Positions 27,389 through 36,593 of a stretch of 64,000 bases of DNA are shown here, in pieces. How positions within the stretch are numbered: the first letter of the stretch is position 1; every line of letters starts with the position of its first letter. This DNA is from a virus. The DNA is taken from the IMG/VR virus record IMGVR_UViG_3300046463_000247, positions 1 to 64,000 of that record. One strand, 5' to 3'. Made by a program: the position numbers and the translations under genes. A model generated the notes under the pieces. The model was not told the origin of the DNA. It saw only the letters and a program-made list of their open reading frames with translations, and did not search any database.

Positions 27389-27580
27389 CTAGTGGCAGGT
27401 TGACAGGCCGGTGAAGACCTTGAGGTGTCGGATTTCTTCCGGGGTGGCTAAGCGTGCGAACGTAGTAGCATGCGGCGGCGGGTTCAGGCAAGCCAGCACC
27501 TTGTCGCTCGCTTCGAATGTGGTCGGGGCCTCGACCAGATGGATCACAGGAAACCCGTTGACCTTGACGATAACCAGCAT
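27389..27580 (-). CDS. hypothetical protein
   Basis: 63 aa; fills the gap in the operon. Confidence 0.5.
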   Translation of the reverse strand: MLVIVKVNGFPVIHLVEAPTTFEASDKVLACLNPPPHATTFARLATPEEIRHLKVFTGLSTCH

Positions 27581-27599
27581 GTTTTTACCCCATGTCGGA

Positions 27600-27839
27600 C
27601 TATTTAAGGAATTGGTCGATCAGGGTTTGCTCCAGCGCGGCCATGAAGTCTTTCTCTGCTTCATTGAGCCGCCCCCTGTCGTTATTGGCTTGCATGGTGC
27701 GCAGCGACTTCCACGCGTAAGCCCAGCTAATGCCACCACACCACATGTGCTGCGTGAACATGCCGGTGCGTTTCCAGCAGACCGACTGTTCCAGGTGGGT
27801 GACGGGGACGCGCTGTTCAGGCGGTAATTCTCGAATCAC
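27600..27839 (-). CDS. hypothetical protein
   Basis: GTG 27839 after AAGGAG; promoter upstream. Confidence 0.6.
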   Translation of the reverse strand: MIRELPPEQRVPVTHLEQSVCWKRTGMFTQHMWCGGISWAYAWKSLRTMQANNDRGRLNEAEKDFMAALEQTLIDQFLK

Positions 27840-27872
27840 GGGTGTCGCACTCCTTGCGTTACCGATAGACAC

Positions 27873-27900
27873 ATTGTAGCGCAATTTACGGTTTTGTCAA
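27873..27900 (-). promoter_or_regulatory. sigma70-type promoter
   Basis: TTGACA-N16-TACAAT. Confidence 0.75.
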
Positions 27901-27905
27901 ACAGC

Positions 27906-28556
27906 CTACTTTGCAATTGATTGCAATCCGGGCGGTTCGCTCGCCGACAGCCCCATCGACGCTAGAGCCTGATCGAACAGTTCCTTGTTCTTGCCATACC
28001 ACTGCTGCCACGCGAGGATTACTGCGCCTCGCTCGCGGGCTTCGGAGAGGTTGAATCGGTCGATGTCAGCGACTTCAGAGAGCGTAACGCTGGTCGCGGC
28101 GTCAACATCGACGGGTCGGCTTCCGGCCACGCTGCCGTCGCCGGGGTCAAGCGAGAGGTCGTGGAGGTACACGAAGCCAGCAGGAATGCGGCAAGCAACA
28201 TCAGCGTGAGGCGTAACATAGTCGGTCACCTTCTGTTTCTGGAGTTGGACGGTTCGGGCCTGGGCCTTCGCGAGGTCGGCTTTAAGCTGGAGATTGACGG
28301 TCTTCGACTGGACAAGCTGCGCGAACTGGGCCTGTGCTGCCTGGGTGCGCTCCTGCGCGGCCTGCGCTTCATACTTGGTGGTGGTATCGGCGACGCCCCG
28401 CGCGTACGCGGCGTTCAACTCGTGGTGGCCGTACCACAGCAGCGCCCCAAACACGGCCAGCGTGCCCAGTGCATACCACACCCAGCGCGGCACCCGCAGC
28501 AGGTTGGCGAATACGTCCTTGAACAGGGCGACGAAGATTTCGAGCACGAATGGCAT
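27906..28556 (-). CDS. i-spanin (Rz-like)
   Basis: N-terminal TM, coiled coil, C..P.GFV..H; downstream of endolysin. Confidence 0.8.
   Translation of the reverse strand: MPFVLEIFVALFKDVFANLLRVPRWVWYALGTLAVFGALLWYGHHELNAAYARGVADTTTKYEAQAAQERTQAAQAQFAQLVQSKTVNLQLKADLAKAQARTVQLQKQKVTDYVTPHADVACRIPAGFVYLHDLSLDPGDGSVAGSRPVDVDAATSVTLSEVADIDRFNLSEARERGAVILAWQQWYGKNKELFDQALASMGLSASEPPGLQSIAK
28019..28219 (-). CDS. o-spanin lipoprotein (Rz1-like), embedded in Rz
   Basis: Signal peptide with lipobox LASC, Pro-rich mature part, alternative frame inside Rz. Confidence 0.8.
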   Translation of the reverse strand: MLRLTLMLLAAFLLASCTSTTSRLTPATAAWPEADPSMLTPRPALRSLKSLTSTDSTSPKPASEAQ

Positions 28557-28640
28557 GGTTTGGGCCTCCAAATAAAAAGCCCCGCGATTGTGCGGGGCCT
28601 CACCTGCCGGGTCAAGCGTTTTGCAATTGATTGCAGACGC

Positions 28641-28934
28641 TTAGTAGATCGACACCAGTCCGGTTGCGGTCGTGCCGGTCGCCTTCACGCGGGTCACGCC
28701 CAGACGCAGCGTTTCGCCAGCTACCACGGCGATCACGGCATTGTCGCCGCCAATCGTGGTGACAGCGATGTTGCCAGCGCCGCCGACCTTGATTGCGATG
28801 GCCGGGTTCGGCAGGTCCGTTGCATCGTTCGGGACGATGGCAACCGCACGCGTCGGGGTATCCGAGTTGTACGGGTAGTGCAGTTTCGGGCCAATGGGAT
28901 CGGCTACGCCCGGATGCGGATTATCGCCACTCAT
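28641..28934 (-). CDS. head spike base protein (RcGTA Rcc01079-like)
   Basis: AVAIVPND..L..VGGAGNIAV..RVKATGTTATGLV. Confidence 0.7.
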   Translation of the reverse strand: MSGDNPHPGVADPIGPKLHYPYNSDTPTRAVAIVPNDATDLPNPAIAIKVGGAGNIAVTTIGGDNAVIAVVAGETLRLGVTRVKATGTTATGLVSIY

Positions 28935-28946
28935 GTGCTACTCCTT

Positions 28947-29450
28947 TCAGTTGAAAAACTTCACAACGCCGTCCGTGAAGAGCAGCGCTTCGGTTTTGCG
29001 GCGGGACACCAGACCACCCGCCACCACAAGCTGCCCGGTCTTCCTGTCGCGCAGCTTGTTCCACGGCGCGAACTGTGCAGCCGCGCTCGCATACAGCCCC
29101 GTGTTCAGCAGTCTCAGCAGCGTGCTCGTAGCGAAGTTGCCCTCGCCGATGTTGTACACCAGGCACACGCACGCGTCGAACTGGTTCTGGTTCAGCGCCA
29201 CGGTGACGTGCTTGTTCACGATGTCCACGCGGGCCTGCGCGTCCTTCGTCAATAACGCCTCAGCCCCCGCCGAGTCGAGCGGCGCGGTTGGTAGCGCCTC
29301 GCCCTTCTCCTGCTTGTGGCCGTAGCCCCACGTCCAGTAGCCCGCGTCGTCCTGATACGGCAACGGGGCGAACCCGCCCTTCGGACCCTGCTCGTAGTGC
29401 TTCAGGATTTGAAGCCCGCCAAGCCCCAGCTTATTGACCTGCTTTGCCAT
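28947..29450 (-). CDS. endolysin, GH24 lysozyme
   Basis: E..PYQDDAGYWTWGYGH, LNQNQFDA, GLVSRRKTEALLF. Confidence 0.92.
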   Translation of the reverse strand: MAKQVNKLGLGGLQILKHYEQGPKGGFAPLPYQDDAGYWTWGYGHKQEKGEALPTAPLDSAGAEALLTKDAQARVDIVNKHVTVALNQNQFDACVCLVYNIGEGNFATSTLLRLLNTGLYASAAAQFAPWNKLRDRKTGQLVVAGGLVSRRKTEALLFTDGVVKFFN

Positions 29451-29859
29451 CGCTACCCCCGGTTACCTTGGTCACAAACGAATCTGCCGTCGCGACGAAC
29501 TTCCGGTAGGCCCGCAGCATGAAGTGCGCACCGCCGAACCCGCCGAGCGTGAAGCAGATAGCCTCCAGCGGCCCCGGCATCGCGAAGTGCTCGCAGCCCA
29601 GAAACACCAGCGTCGCCGCCAGGTTGCCGTTCACCACGTCGGTGATCGCGATCAGCTTCCAGTTCGCGTCGTGGCCCTTGGAGAACTTCTGTAGCAGTGA
29701 CGCAACGCTGCCCCACGTAGCCATCACGGCGACGTAGCCGTACTTGACCCACGCGATGCCCATCGGCCCCATGACGATCTCAGCGGCCAGCACGCTTTGC
29801 GCGTAGCCCATCGCCAGCAGGATTGCGATCAGCCTAGTTTGTCGATTGTTGAATTTCAT
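29431..29859 (-). CDS. putative holin
   Basis: Multiple TM segments directly upstream of the endolysin. Confidence 0.7.
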   Translation of the reverse strand: MKFNNRQTRLIAILLAMGYAQSVLAAEIVMGPMGIAWVKYGYVAVMATWGSVASLLQKFSKGHDANWKLIAITDVVNGNLAATLVFLGCEHFAMPGPLEAICFTLGGFGGAHFMLRAYRKFVATADSFVTKVTGGSDGKAGQ

Positions 29860-30292
29860 ATCGCGCCAGCACCTTTCCCCGTTTCCAATGTGCATCACGG
29901 AACGCCAGCAGAAACATCAGCCCGACGAACATAGGTGCCATCAACTCCACCACCCCGACCTGCCCCGCCTCGACGGCGCTATACAGCAGCCCGGCCCACA
30001 CCGAGCCCGAATAGAAGTAGCTGCCGACGCGCCAGTTGGCGGTGTGCTCGACATACAGGCGGCAGGTGCGCGTACCCAGACCGCGCCAGCGCACGCCGAT
30101 GTATCGGTCGGAGACGCCCATGCAGGCGAGCCACGTGCCGCTGATGCCCAGCAGGACGGACCACAGCCAGCCATGAAGCTCAGGAACGATGGATTGAGGA
30201 AGGAGTGGCGAGGCAATCGCCAGCACGACGGTCTGTAGCCCCACAAAAATACGGAGCGGGGTCATCGTGCAGCACTCGTCTTTGGATCGCAT
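29834..30292 (-). CDS. membrane protein (holin/antiholin candidate)
   Basis: About four hydrophobic segments; first gene of the lysis unit. Confidence 0.6.
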   Translation of the reverse strand: MRSKDECCTMTPLRIFVGLQTVVLAIASPLLPQSIVPELHGWLWSVLLGISGTWLACMGVSDRYIGVRWRGLGTRTCRLYVEHTANWRVGSYFYSGSVWAGLLYSAVEAGQVGVVELMAPMFVGLMFLLAFRDAHWKRGKVLARYEIQQSTN

Positions 30293-30350
30293 CAGGTCTG
30301 GTCCCCGGTTGCAATTGATTGCAACGCAAGCGCGGTTTTGGATGCCGCGA

Positions 30351-30380
30351 AGTTTACGGGGACCGCCCTGTACCTAACAA
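30351..30380 (-). promoter_or_regulatory. class II (late-type) promoter
   Basis: TTGTTA-N18-TAAACT upstream of lysis genes. Confidence 0.55.
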
Positions 30381-30397
30381 CGTTTTAGGTAGGATCG

Positions 30398-32731
30398 TCA
30401 GGAATACGTGACTGTAATTACCGATTGGTGCCGCTTGAACTGGTCCACCGGGCCGTACTGCGCCTGCTGTGCCATGACCAGCCACACGTTGTCCGACTGG
30501 ACGGTCGAGTAGCCTGCGAGAGCCGGGGGATAGCTCGCGCGGGTCGCGATGGTCTCAGCCAGACCGGCTGTCTGTCCGTTGGACTGGGGCAGGTCCTTGT
30601 CCACGTAAACCGCTGACACCGCTACGTCCGCGCCGACGTAATCCGAGGCCACCAGTGAGTGCGGCGTGTCCTTGTCCTCGTAGGCGGCGGACTGGCTTGT
30701 GACCACGGCCACCGCGTCTGCGGAGACGGTGGACTGCGGGGAGTCCTTGTCCGGGTAGGCCGCGCCCTGCGCAATGACCTCCGAGACGCTGGACGCGGTA
30801 ACGGTCGATTGCGGCTCGTCCTTGTCGATATAGGTGCCGGTCGTTGCCACCACTTCGATCAGGGCGTCCGTCAGGTAGTCCGTCTGGGGGTCGTCCTTGT
30901 CCGGGTAGTCACCTGCCATCAGCGTGACGACCTGTAATTCCTCCACCTGGTACAGCACCCCTTCCGACGCGTCCGGGTACGGGCTGCTGATCGCGATTGC
31001 CTCCACCACGTCGCTGACCTGCTCAATCGACACGGGCAGCAGCGGGTCCGGGTAGGTAGCCGCGACCGCCAGCACTTCGAGCGTCGAACTCACCTGCCCC
31101 AGCGATACCGGGATCATCGGGTCCGGGAAGCTCGCGACCAGCGCGACGGCCACGCGCAGCGCGTCGATACGCTGTAGCACGTCGGTCATGTCACCGGGCG
31201 CGACGAAGCCCGCCTTCGAGGACTGGATCGACTTGCGGGCCAATTGCACGAGGTAGGCGGACTTCGCCGGATCGTACATCTGGTAAGGCGGCGTCATCGG
31301 GTGCGCCATCAGCCAGCCCAGCGATGCCTGCTTGGCTTGGACCGAACCGAAGGGCGCGGGCACCTGCTCGCGGGTCAGCGTGCTCTGGGCAAGCGACAGC
31401 AGCGAGGACGGCGAGTGCGGCAGGGCCATCGGTGCGTAGCGCGCGACCTGCTGGTACTGGCGGGCCACCTCAACCGACGAGTAGAAGTCCTGCGGGGCCG
31501 TCAGCGGGTCCGCCTTGGACAGCACCGGCAGCACCTCGGAGACGACCTCTGCCGTGGTGACGGACGGCGCATTGCCCAGCGGTGGGTAAGCGGTGGCGTC
31601 CGCATGCGAGAGCGCAAGCTGGGTTCCCCACACCGCCGACACCTGGGAGATCGGCAGCGGGCGCGGTTCCTTCTGCATTGCAAGCTGCACGGCCTCGCGC
31701 GTGAGCACCGGGCCGGTCATGGACACGGGGGCAGGCAGCGAGTCGAACGAGTCCACCAGCACCTTGTGCGCCGTTGCAATCAATTGCAGCTTGCTACCGA
31801 ACACCCCGGACATGTCGGTGGCCTCGCACAGCGCCAGTTGCGGGTACGACGCGACGGCGACGAAGCCCTTGGGCGTGTAGGCGATGCTTAGGGACTTCAG
31901 CACGAGGTGCGCCATCGAGCGCGTAGCGATCTGGGACCAGGTGTTGGTCGGCGTGGTGACGGCTACCCGCTTGACGACCTGCATCACCTCGGTATGAGCC
32001 TGCACCTTGCCGAAGTAGCTGGCGCTGTTCAGCGAGGGTAGCACCACGTGCCTGGTCGTCAACTGGTAAAGACCGCGCGCCTGGTCCTTGGAGAACAGCG
32101 TGGACGGCGCGGGCGTGGTGCGCTTCGAGAGGACCCGCTGGACAGACCAGCGCGACGAGACCTGGCTGATCGGCAGCGGTGCGGGGTGGGCGGTCAGGGC
32201 CTGCTGGGCTTCCTCACGCACCGATGTCGGCGAGAAGTAGCTTGCCACCGGCACCATCGGCGGCACCTTCTTCAGCGCCTCCTGGACCTGCGCGCCGTAC
32301 TGGTAGAGCGACACCAGAGCGTCGGCGGGGTAGGACCCGACCACCACGCTCTCGACCTGCGCGAGACCCGGCGAGTTCGGAATCTTGCCGACCACCACTT
32401 CAGCCACACGCGCGATGGTAGCGATGTGCGGTATCGGCGGCGGTGCGCCGACCACCACGGCTTCTTGCAGGTTGACGACGGCGAAGCGGAAGTACTCCGC
32501 ACCGATCAGCACCTGGTTAAGCTGCGCGACCGACGCGAGGTACGACGAGTTCTGGACCCCCGCGCCCGTGACGACGATCTCCTGCTGGCTCGCGACGAAT
32601 ATGCGCGGCAGGTCCTTACCCACCAGAAGTTCGGCGGCGTAGGCGTAGTCGATCAGGTGCGCATTACTCGCGGGAGGGTGCCCGATCAGGACACGCTCTC
32701 CCACGTACACCAGGTTGGTGTTTTCTGCCAT
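30398..32731 (-). CDS. virion structural/tail protein with internal repeats
   Basis: 777 aa; C-terminal repeats YPDKDxPQS..V..V; end of tail module. Confidence 0.65.
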   Translation of the reverse strand: MAENTNLVYVGERVLIGHPPASNAHLIDYAYAAELLVGKDLPRIFVASQQEIVVTGAGVQNSSYLASVAQLNQVLIGAEYFRFAVVNLQEAVVVGAPPPIPHIATIARVAEVVVGKIPNSPGLAQVESVVVGSYPADALVSLYQYGAQVQEALKKVPPMVPVASYFSPTSVREEAQQALTAHPAPLPISQVSSRWSVQRVLSKRTTPAPSTLFSKDQARGLYQLTTRHVVLPSLNSASYFGKVQAHTEVMQVVKRVAVTTPTNTWSQIATRSMAHLVLKSLSIAYTPKGFVAVASYPQLALCEATDMSGVFGSKLQLIATAHKVLVDSFDSLPAPVSMTGPVLTREAVQLAMQKEPRPLPISQVSAVWGTQLALSHADATAYPPLGNAPSVTTAEVVSEVLPVLSKADPLTAPQDFYSSVEVARQYQQVARYAPMALPHSPSSLLSLAQSTLTREQVPAPFGSVQAKQASLGWLMAHPMTPPYQMYDPAKSAYLVQLARKSIQSSKAGFVAPGDMTDVLQRIDALRVAVALVASFPDPMIPVSLGQVSSTLEVLAVAATYPDPLLPVSIEQVSDVVEAIAISSPYPDASEGVLYQVEELQVVTLMAGDYPDKDDPQTDYLTDALIEVVATTGTYIDKDEPQSTVTASSVSEVIAQGAAYPDKDSPQSTVSADAVAVVTSQSAAYEDKDTPHSLVASDYVGADVAVSAVYVDKDLPQSNGQTAGLAETIATRASYPPALAGYSTVQSDNVWLVMAQQAQYGPVDQFKRHQSVITVTYS

Positions 32732-32734
32732 CGG

Positions 32735-35518
32735 TTACGACTTGATTCGAACACCAAATTGCGCGGCCTTGACGGCTGCGGGGGTCCATGCGGCAGCAGT
32801 GTTCGGGTCCGTGTAGAACACCGAATCGGCGAGGCCGTACTGGTTCGGGATCGCGAGGCTCGGGCCGTCCACGACCGACTCCACACCGTTGGACTTCACG
32901 AGCGCTGAGAGCGCGTGCGGCGCGGTGCCGAGATTCTGGCCCACCGTGCGCACGACAACCGCATACACCTGCGCGAAGCCACTGACGTTGTTGTCGTCCG
33001 CCGCATAATAGTCCGTATTCCCCACGGTGTCCCCCACAACGAGCGGCGGAACCGGGTTGCCCAGCGCCGCGCCCACCACCTGCGAGTTCGGCTTACCTGT
33101 CGGCGACGGCTGGTAAAGCTGCGTGCTCACGTCGCGGGTCGGTGGGCGCGTGATGATGCGCGTCGCGGAGCCCAGCCTCGTGTTGCAGAACGTACCGCGC
33201 GTGTCGAGGATGTACCAGTTGCCCAGCACGAACGAGTCGGTGCCGTACAGCACGCCAGCATTGATCAGCAGCGGCGTGAGGGCGGCGGTGGACAGGCACG
33301 GGCCGTCGTAGCACAGCAGGTCGTTCACCCAGATACGGAACCAGTTGGCGACCGGATCAGCACCCATTTCGATGTAGTTCACCGCACCGACGGTGAGACG
33401 CGTCGAGCTTTGCGCGGACATCACGAGGTCCTTGGCGACGGACAGGTCGTTGCGCAGTTCGAACGTGCCCATGCCCATGAACGTCGCGCCCAGCAGCCGG
33501 ATCGAGTGATCGGACGCGGCAGGCGTGAAGCCGGGCGGCACGTACAGGCTGAAGCCCGTGTACATCGCGCGGTTGGTCGTGTCCGCCATCGTACGGCTCA
33601 GGCTGACCGGGCCTACCGAATTCCAGATGTGGCCTGCGGTGCTCGTGATCAGCAGCTTGCCGCCCGCCGAGACGCCGCGCCCGAAAGTGACGTTGGCCGG
33701 GTAGTTCAGCAGCGTCCAGTTGACCTGATCACTGGACGGCGACGCATAGATCGCGTTGGGCAGGCTGACGTACGTGATGCCGTTGCAATGCGTGATAAGC
33801 CCTTGGTTGGCCCCGCCGCTGGGAAGGGTAGGCGTCGCAAGCACGGTCCAGGTGATGCCGTCTACCGACTTGCACGCGTTGTTGGCCGTGTTGGTCGTGA
33901 GGAACCATCCGTAGGTCGGATCGTAGTCATGGTCCACGGAGACCAAGCTGTTAGGCAGGAGCCTAGCCGTCCACGTCAGCGCGTCCGGGGACGTATAGAC
34001 AGACCCCGTGTTGTTGTAGACCGCAATGAAAAGACCGGCACCGAACTTGATCGAGAGCCGCGCCGACGCGATGCTCGTGATGGTCTTCGCCACCCAGTTG
34101 ATGCCATCGGTCGAGTACGCCGAAATGGTGCTGGAGTTGGTCTGAACTGCCGCGATCCACACGCCGTTACCGTAGGCGATGCAGGAGACCTGGCCCACGG
34201 GCAGCACGCCGGTCGAGACCATCTGCCAGTTTGCACCATCGGTCGAGCTATACAGGTTGCCGCCGCTGTCACCCACCACGAACAGACCATTGCCGAAAGC
34301 GATCTTGCCCATCGTCAGGGACGACGCGGAGGTCGGCACCTTGGCGAGCTTCCAAGTCACGCCGTCCGGCGAGTAGTACACCCCGTAGAGCGGTGCGCTG
34401 GTGCCGTAGGAGGCGACGTACACGCCATTGCCGTATGCAATGTCCGTGGGGTAGCCCGCCGACGCGATGATCGAATCGTAGCGCGTGAAGTCGAGCGTCT
34501 GGGACACGCCGATACCCATCAGCACGTACACACCGGCTGCGTACAGGCCAGTCACGCCATTTCCGCCGTCTAGGCGTCCCGTGGCGATAGAAACGGCTAC
34601 CGGCGCGACCGTAGCATTGGCCTGATAGTAGAACGCCTGCCCGATCAATCCGAAGATCAGGCGACCGTTGACCAGCGCCGCACCCGTCAGCGATGTGGTC
34701 GGCGCATTCGATGCCATTGCCGTCCAGGTCAGCCCGCCATCGGTCGAGTACGACGAGGTGTTCGCGCCAGCCACGCGGATATGTGCCGGGCCGGGCACAC
34801 CGTTCATCGCGCCGAACAGCATGAGTCCGGTCGTGCTGCCGTTCGTGGAGCCGTTGGGTGCGGTCTGCGAGGTCCAGGTGATGCCATCGGTCGAGCGGAA
34901 CGCCGTCGTGCCGTTACCGCTTGCCGCGAACGCACCATTACCGAAGCGGCAGGTGCCGTAGTTGGCGGACGGGAAGGCGCGTTGGGTCCACGTCACGAGG
35001 TCGGGGCTCGTGTAGTAGGCCGTGTTGACACTCCCGGCGAACATCAGGTACAGGCCGTTGCCGAAGTCAATCGAGCCAATCGCTGCCGCCGTCAGGTTCT
35101 GGTTAGCCTTCAGCGTCCAGTTGATGCCGTCCGTGGACGTGTACACCGCGCCGGTCTTCGTGAGCGCGACGAACTGGTTATTCAGGTACTGCACGTCGCA
35201 GAAGTCCACGACGACGCCGGACAGCGCCGACTTGCTCCAGTTCAGGAAGTCGGTAGAGTAGGCGATCAGGCCGGACCTGCCCACGGCGACCGCGACGCCA
35301 TTGCCATAGGCCGAGCCCGTAAAGATCGCACCGAACTGCCACGACAGGCTCCAGTCGGAGAAGCCGTTGCGCTGGCCCATGCTGATCCCGAAGCGCGTCG
35401 GCACCACCGGGTCAGGCACCACGCGGTAGGCGGTGTCCGCCCCCGGCAGGTTGGCGAGCGCCGTGGCGACGCCGGTCGGGGCGAACGTCGAGAATGCTTC
35501 TGCCATCAGAATGGACAT
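32735..35518 (-). CDS. tail fibre/receptor-binding protein with BNR/beta-propeller repeats
   Basis: Many (Y/F)GNG.(F/Y)V and SxDGxxW repeats; C-terminal domain paralogous to the two adjacent genes. Confidence 0.75.
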   Translation of the reverse strand: MSILMAEAFSTFAPTGVATALANLPGADTAYRVVPDPVVPTRFGISMGQRNGFSDWSLSWQFGAIFTGSAYGNGVAVAVGRSGLIAYSTDFLNWSKSALSGVVVDFCDVQYLNNQFVALTKTGAVYTSTDGINWTLKANQNLTAAAIGSIDFGNGLYLMFAGSVNTAYYTSPDLVTWTQRAFPSANYGTCRFGNGAFAASGNGTTAFRSTDGITWTSQTAPNGSTNGSTTGLMLFGAMNGVPGPAHIRVAGANTSSYSTDGGLTWTAMASNAPTTSLTGAALVNGRLIFGLIGQAFYYQANATVAPVAVSIATGRLDGGNGVTGLYAAGVYVLMGIGVSQTLDFTRYDSIIASAGYPTDIAYGNGVYVASYGTSAPLYGVYYSPDGVTWKLAKVPTSASSLTMGKIAFGNGLFVVGDSGGNLYSSTDGANWQMVSTGVLPVGQVSCIAYGNGVWIAAVQTNSSTISAYSTDGINWVAKTITSIASARLSIKFGAGLFIAVYNNTGSVYTSPDALTWTARLLPNSLVSVDHDYDPTYGWFLTTNTANNACKSVDGITWTVLATPTLPSGGANQGLITHCNGITYVSLPNAIYASPSSDQVNWTLLNYPANVTFGRGVSAGGKLLITSTAGHIWNSVGPVSLSRTMADTTNRAMYTGFSLYVPPGFTPAASDHSIRLLGATFMGMGTFELRNDLSVAKDLVMSAQSSTRLTVGAVNYIEMGADPVANWFRIWVNDLLCYDGPCLSTAALTPLLINAGVLYGTDSFVLGNWYILDTRGTFCNTRLGSATRIITRPPTRDVSTQLYQPSPTGKPNSQVVGAALGNPVPPLVVGDTVGNTDYYAADDNNVSGFAQVYAVVVRTVGQNLGTAPHALSALVKSNGVESVVDGPSLAIPNQYGLADSVFYTDPNTAAAWTPAAVKAAQFGVRIKS

Positions 35519-35527
35519 GGAGGCTCC

Positions 35528-36565
35528 TTAGCGCGCGGCGATGCCGAAAGTGGTGGACTCGACCTTGTTCCGGTCCCATGCCACCGCACCCGGGGCCTGT
35601 TCGAAAATGGCCTGCTGGAAGGCGTACGAGGTCGTCAGCGGAATATCGACTTCCTGGGTAGTCGTATCCACGGTCATCACGAGGCCAATCGAGCGCGCGT
35701 CGAGGTCGCCCTTTTTCGCGTAGCTGACGAGGGCCACGGCGAACACCTGGTTGTTGTCAGGTAGCACCGCGTTCGAGCGGAACAGGTCGGTCGTGCCCGC
35801 GACGTTGGTCTGGAGGAACACAGTCGGGTCGGCGGTGGCCGGACGCCCAGCAATCGTGTAGTGCGCCGGAGCGCCACCCTGACCTACCACGTTCCACGCG
35901 GCGGCAACGTCAGAGGTCGGGAAGCGCGTCGTGATCTGCACCGGGGACAGGCGGTCGTTGAGCCCGCCCGGCGAGTTGGAGCCGTCGATCAGGTAGAGGT
36001 CGTCAATCCACTGGGTCGTAGCGACGGTCGCAGCTTCAGACTGACCCAGCGTAAGCACGTACGTCGTGTACGAGCCTGCGGGCAGGCCCACGGTGGCTTC
36101 GAGCGTGTCGTTCGCGAACAGCTTGATCTGGTTCAGCGTCTTGTCGATCACGATCTCGAAGTAGTACCACGCGTCGAGAATGAACACGTCCTGCGAGATC
36201 GCCGTGGCCTGTCCGGCGACCAGACTTAGCTTGCCGGTCGTCGTGTCCCACATCACGTCCACGAGGTTTTCGATCCGCGCCACGCGGGTGCGACCACCGC
36301 TGGTTTTCTGCGCGAAGCCGAAGACCACCTTGGGGTCGTTGGAGACGAGGTTCGCCGAGAACGACGGGTTCACGGCACCGCCGTTGACGCCCATCGTCAT
36401 CTTCATGGCGAGCGAGCCCGGTAGGCGACCGTCGTCCAGTGCAAAGGTCGTGCTGGAGAAGTTGCGCAGCGTGTAGCCAGCGGCTTGCAGCGCATTCGAG
36501 ATATTGGTGACGGTATCGGCCTTCGTTCCGTAGTGGTCGAAGCCGTCCATGTTTTTAAGTGCCAT
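35528..36565 (-). CDS. tail structural protein (lectin-like fold)
   Basis: MDGFDHY..WYYFEI..IDDLY; paralog of 36594-37598. Confidence 0.7.
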   Translation of the reverse strand: MALKNMDGFDHYGTKADTVTNISNALQAAGYTLRNFSSTTFALDDGRLPGSLAMKMTMGVNGGAVNPSFSANLVSNDPKVVFGFAQKTSGGRTRVARIENLVDVMWDTTTGKLSLVAGQATAISQDVFILDAWYYFEIVIDKTLNQIKLFANDTLEATVGLPAGSYTTYVLTLGQSEAATVATTQWIDDLYLIDGSNSPGGLNDRLSPVQITTRFPTSDVAAAWNVVGQGGAPAHYTIAGRPATADPTVFLQTNVAGTTDLFRSNAVLPDNNQVFAVALVSYAKKGDLDARSIGLVMTVDTTTQEVDIPLTTSYAFQQAIFEQAPGAVAWDRNKVESTTFGIAAR

Positions 36566-36593
36566 GCTTACCCCTGTGCAATTGATTGCAAAA

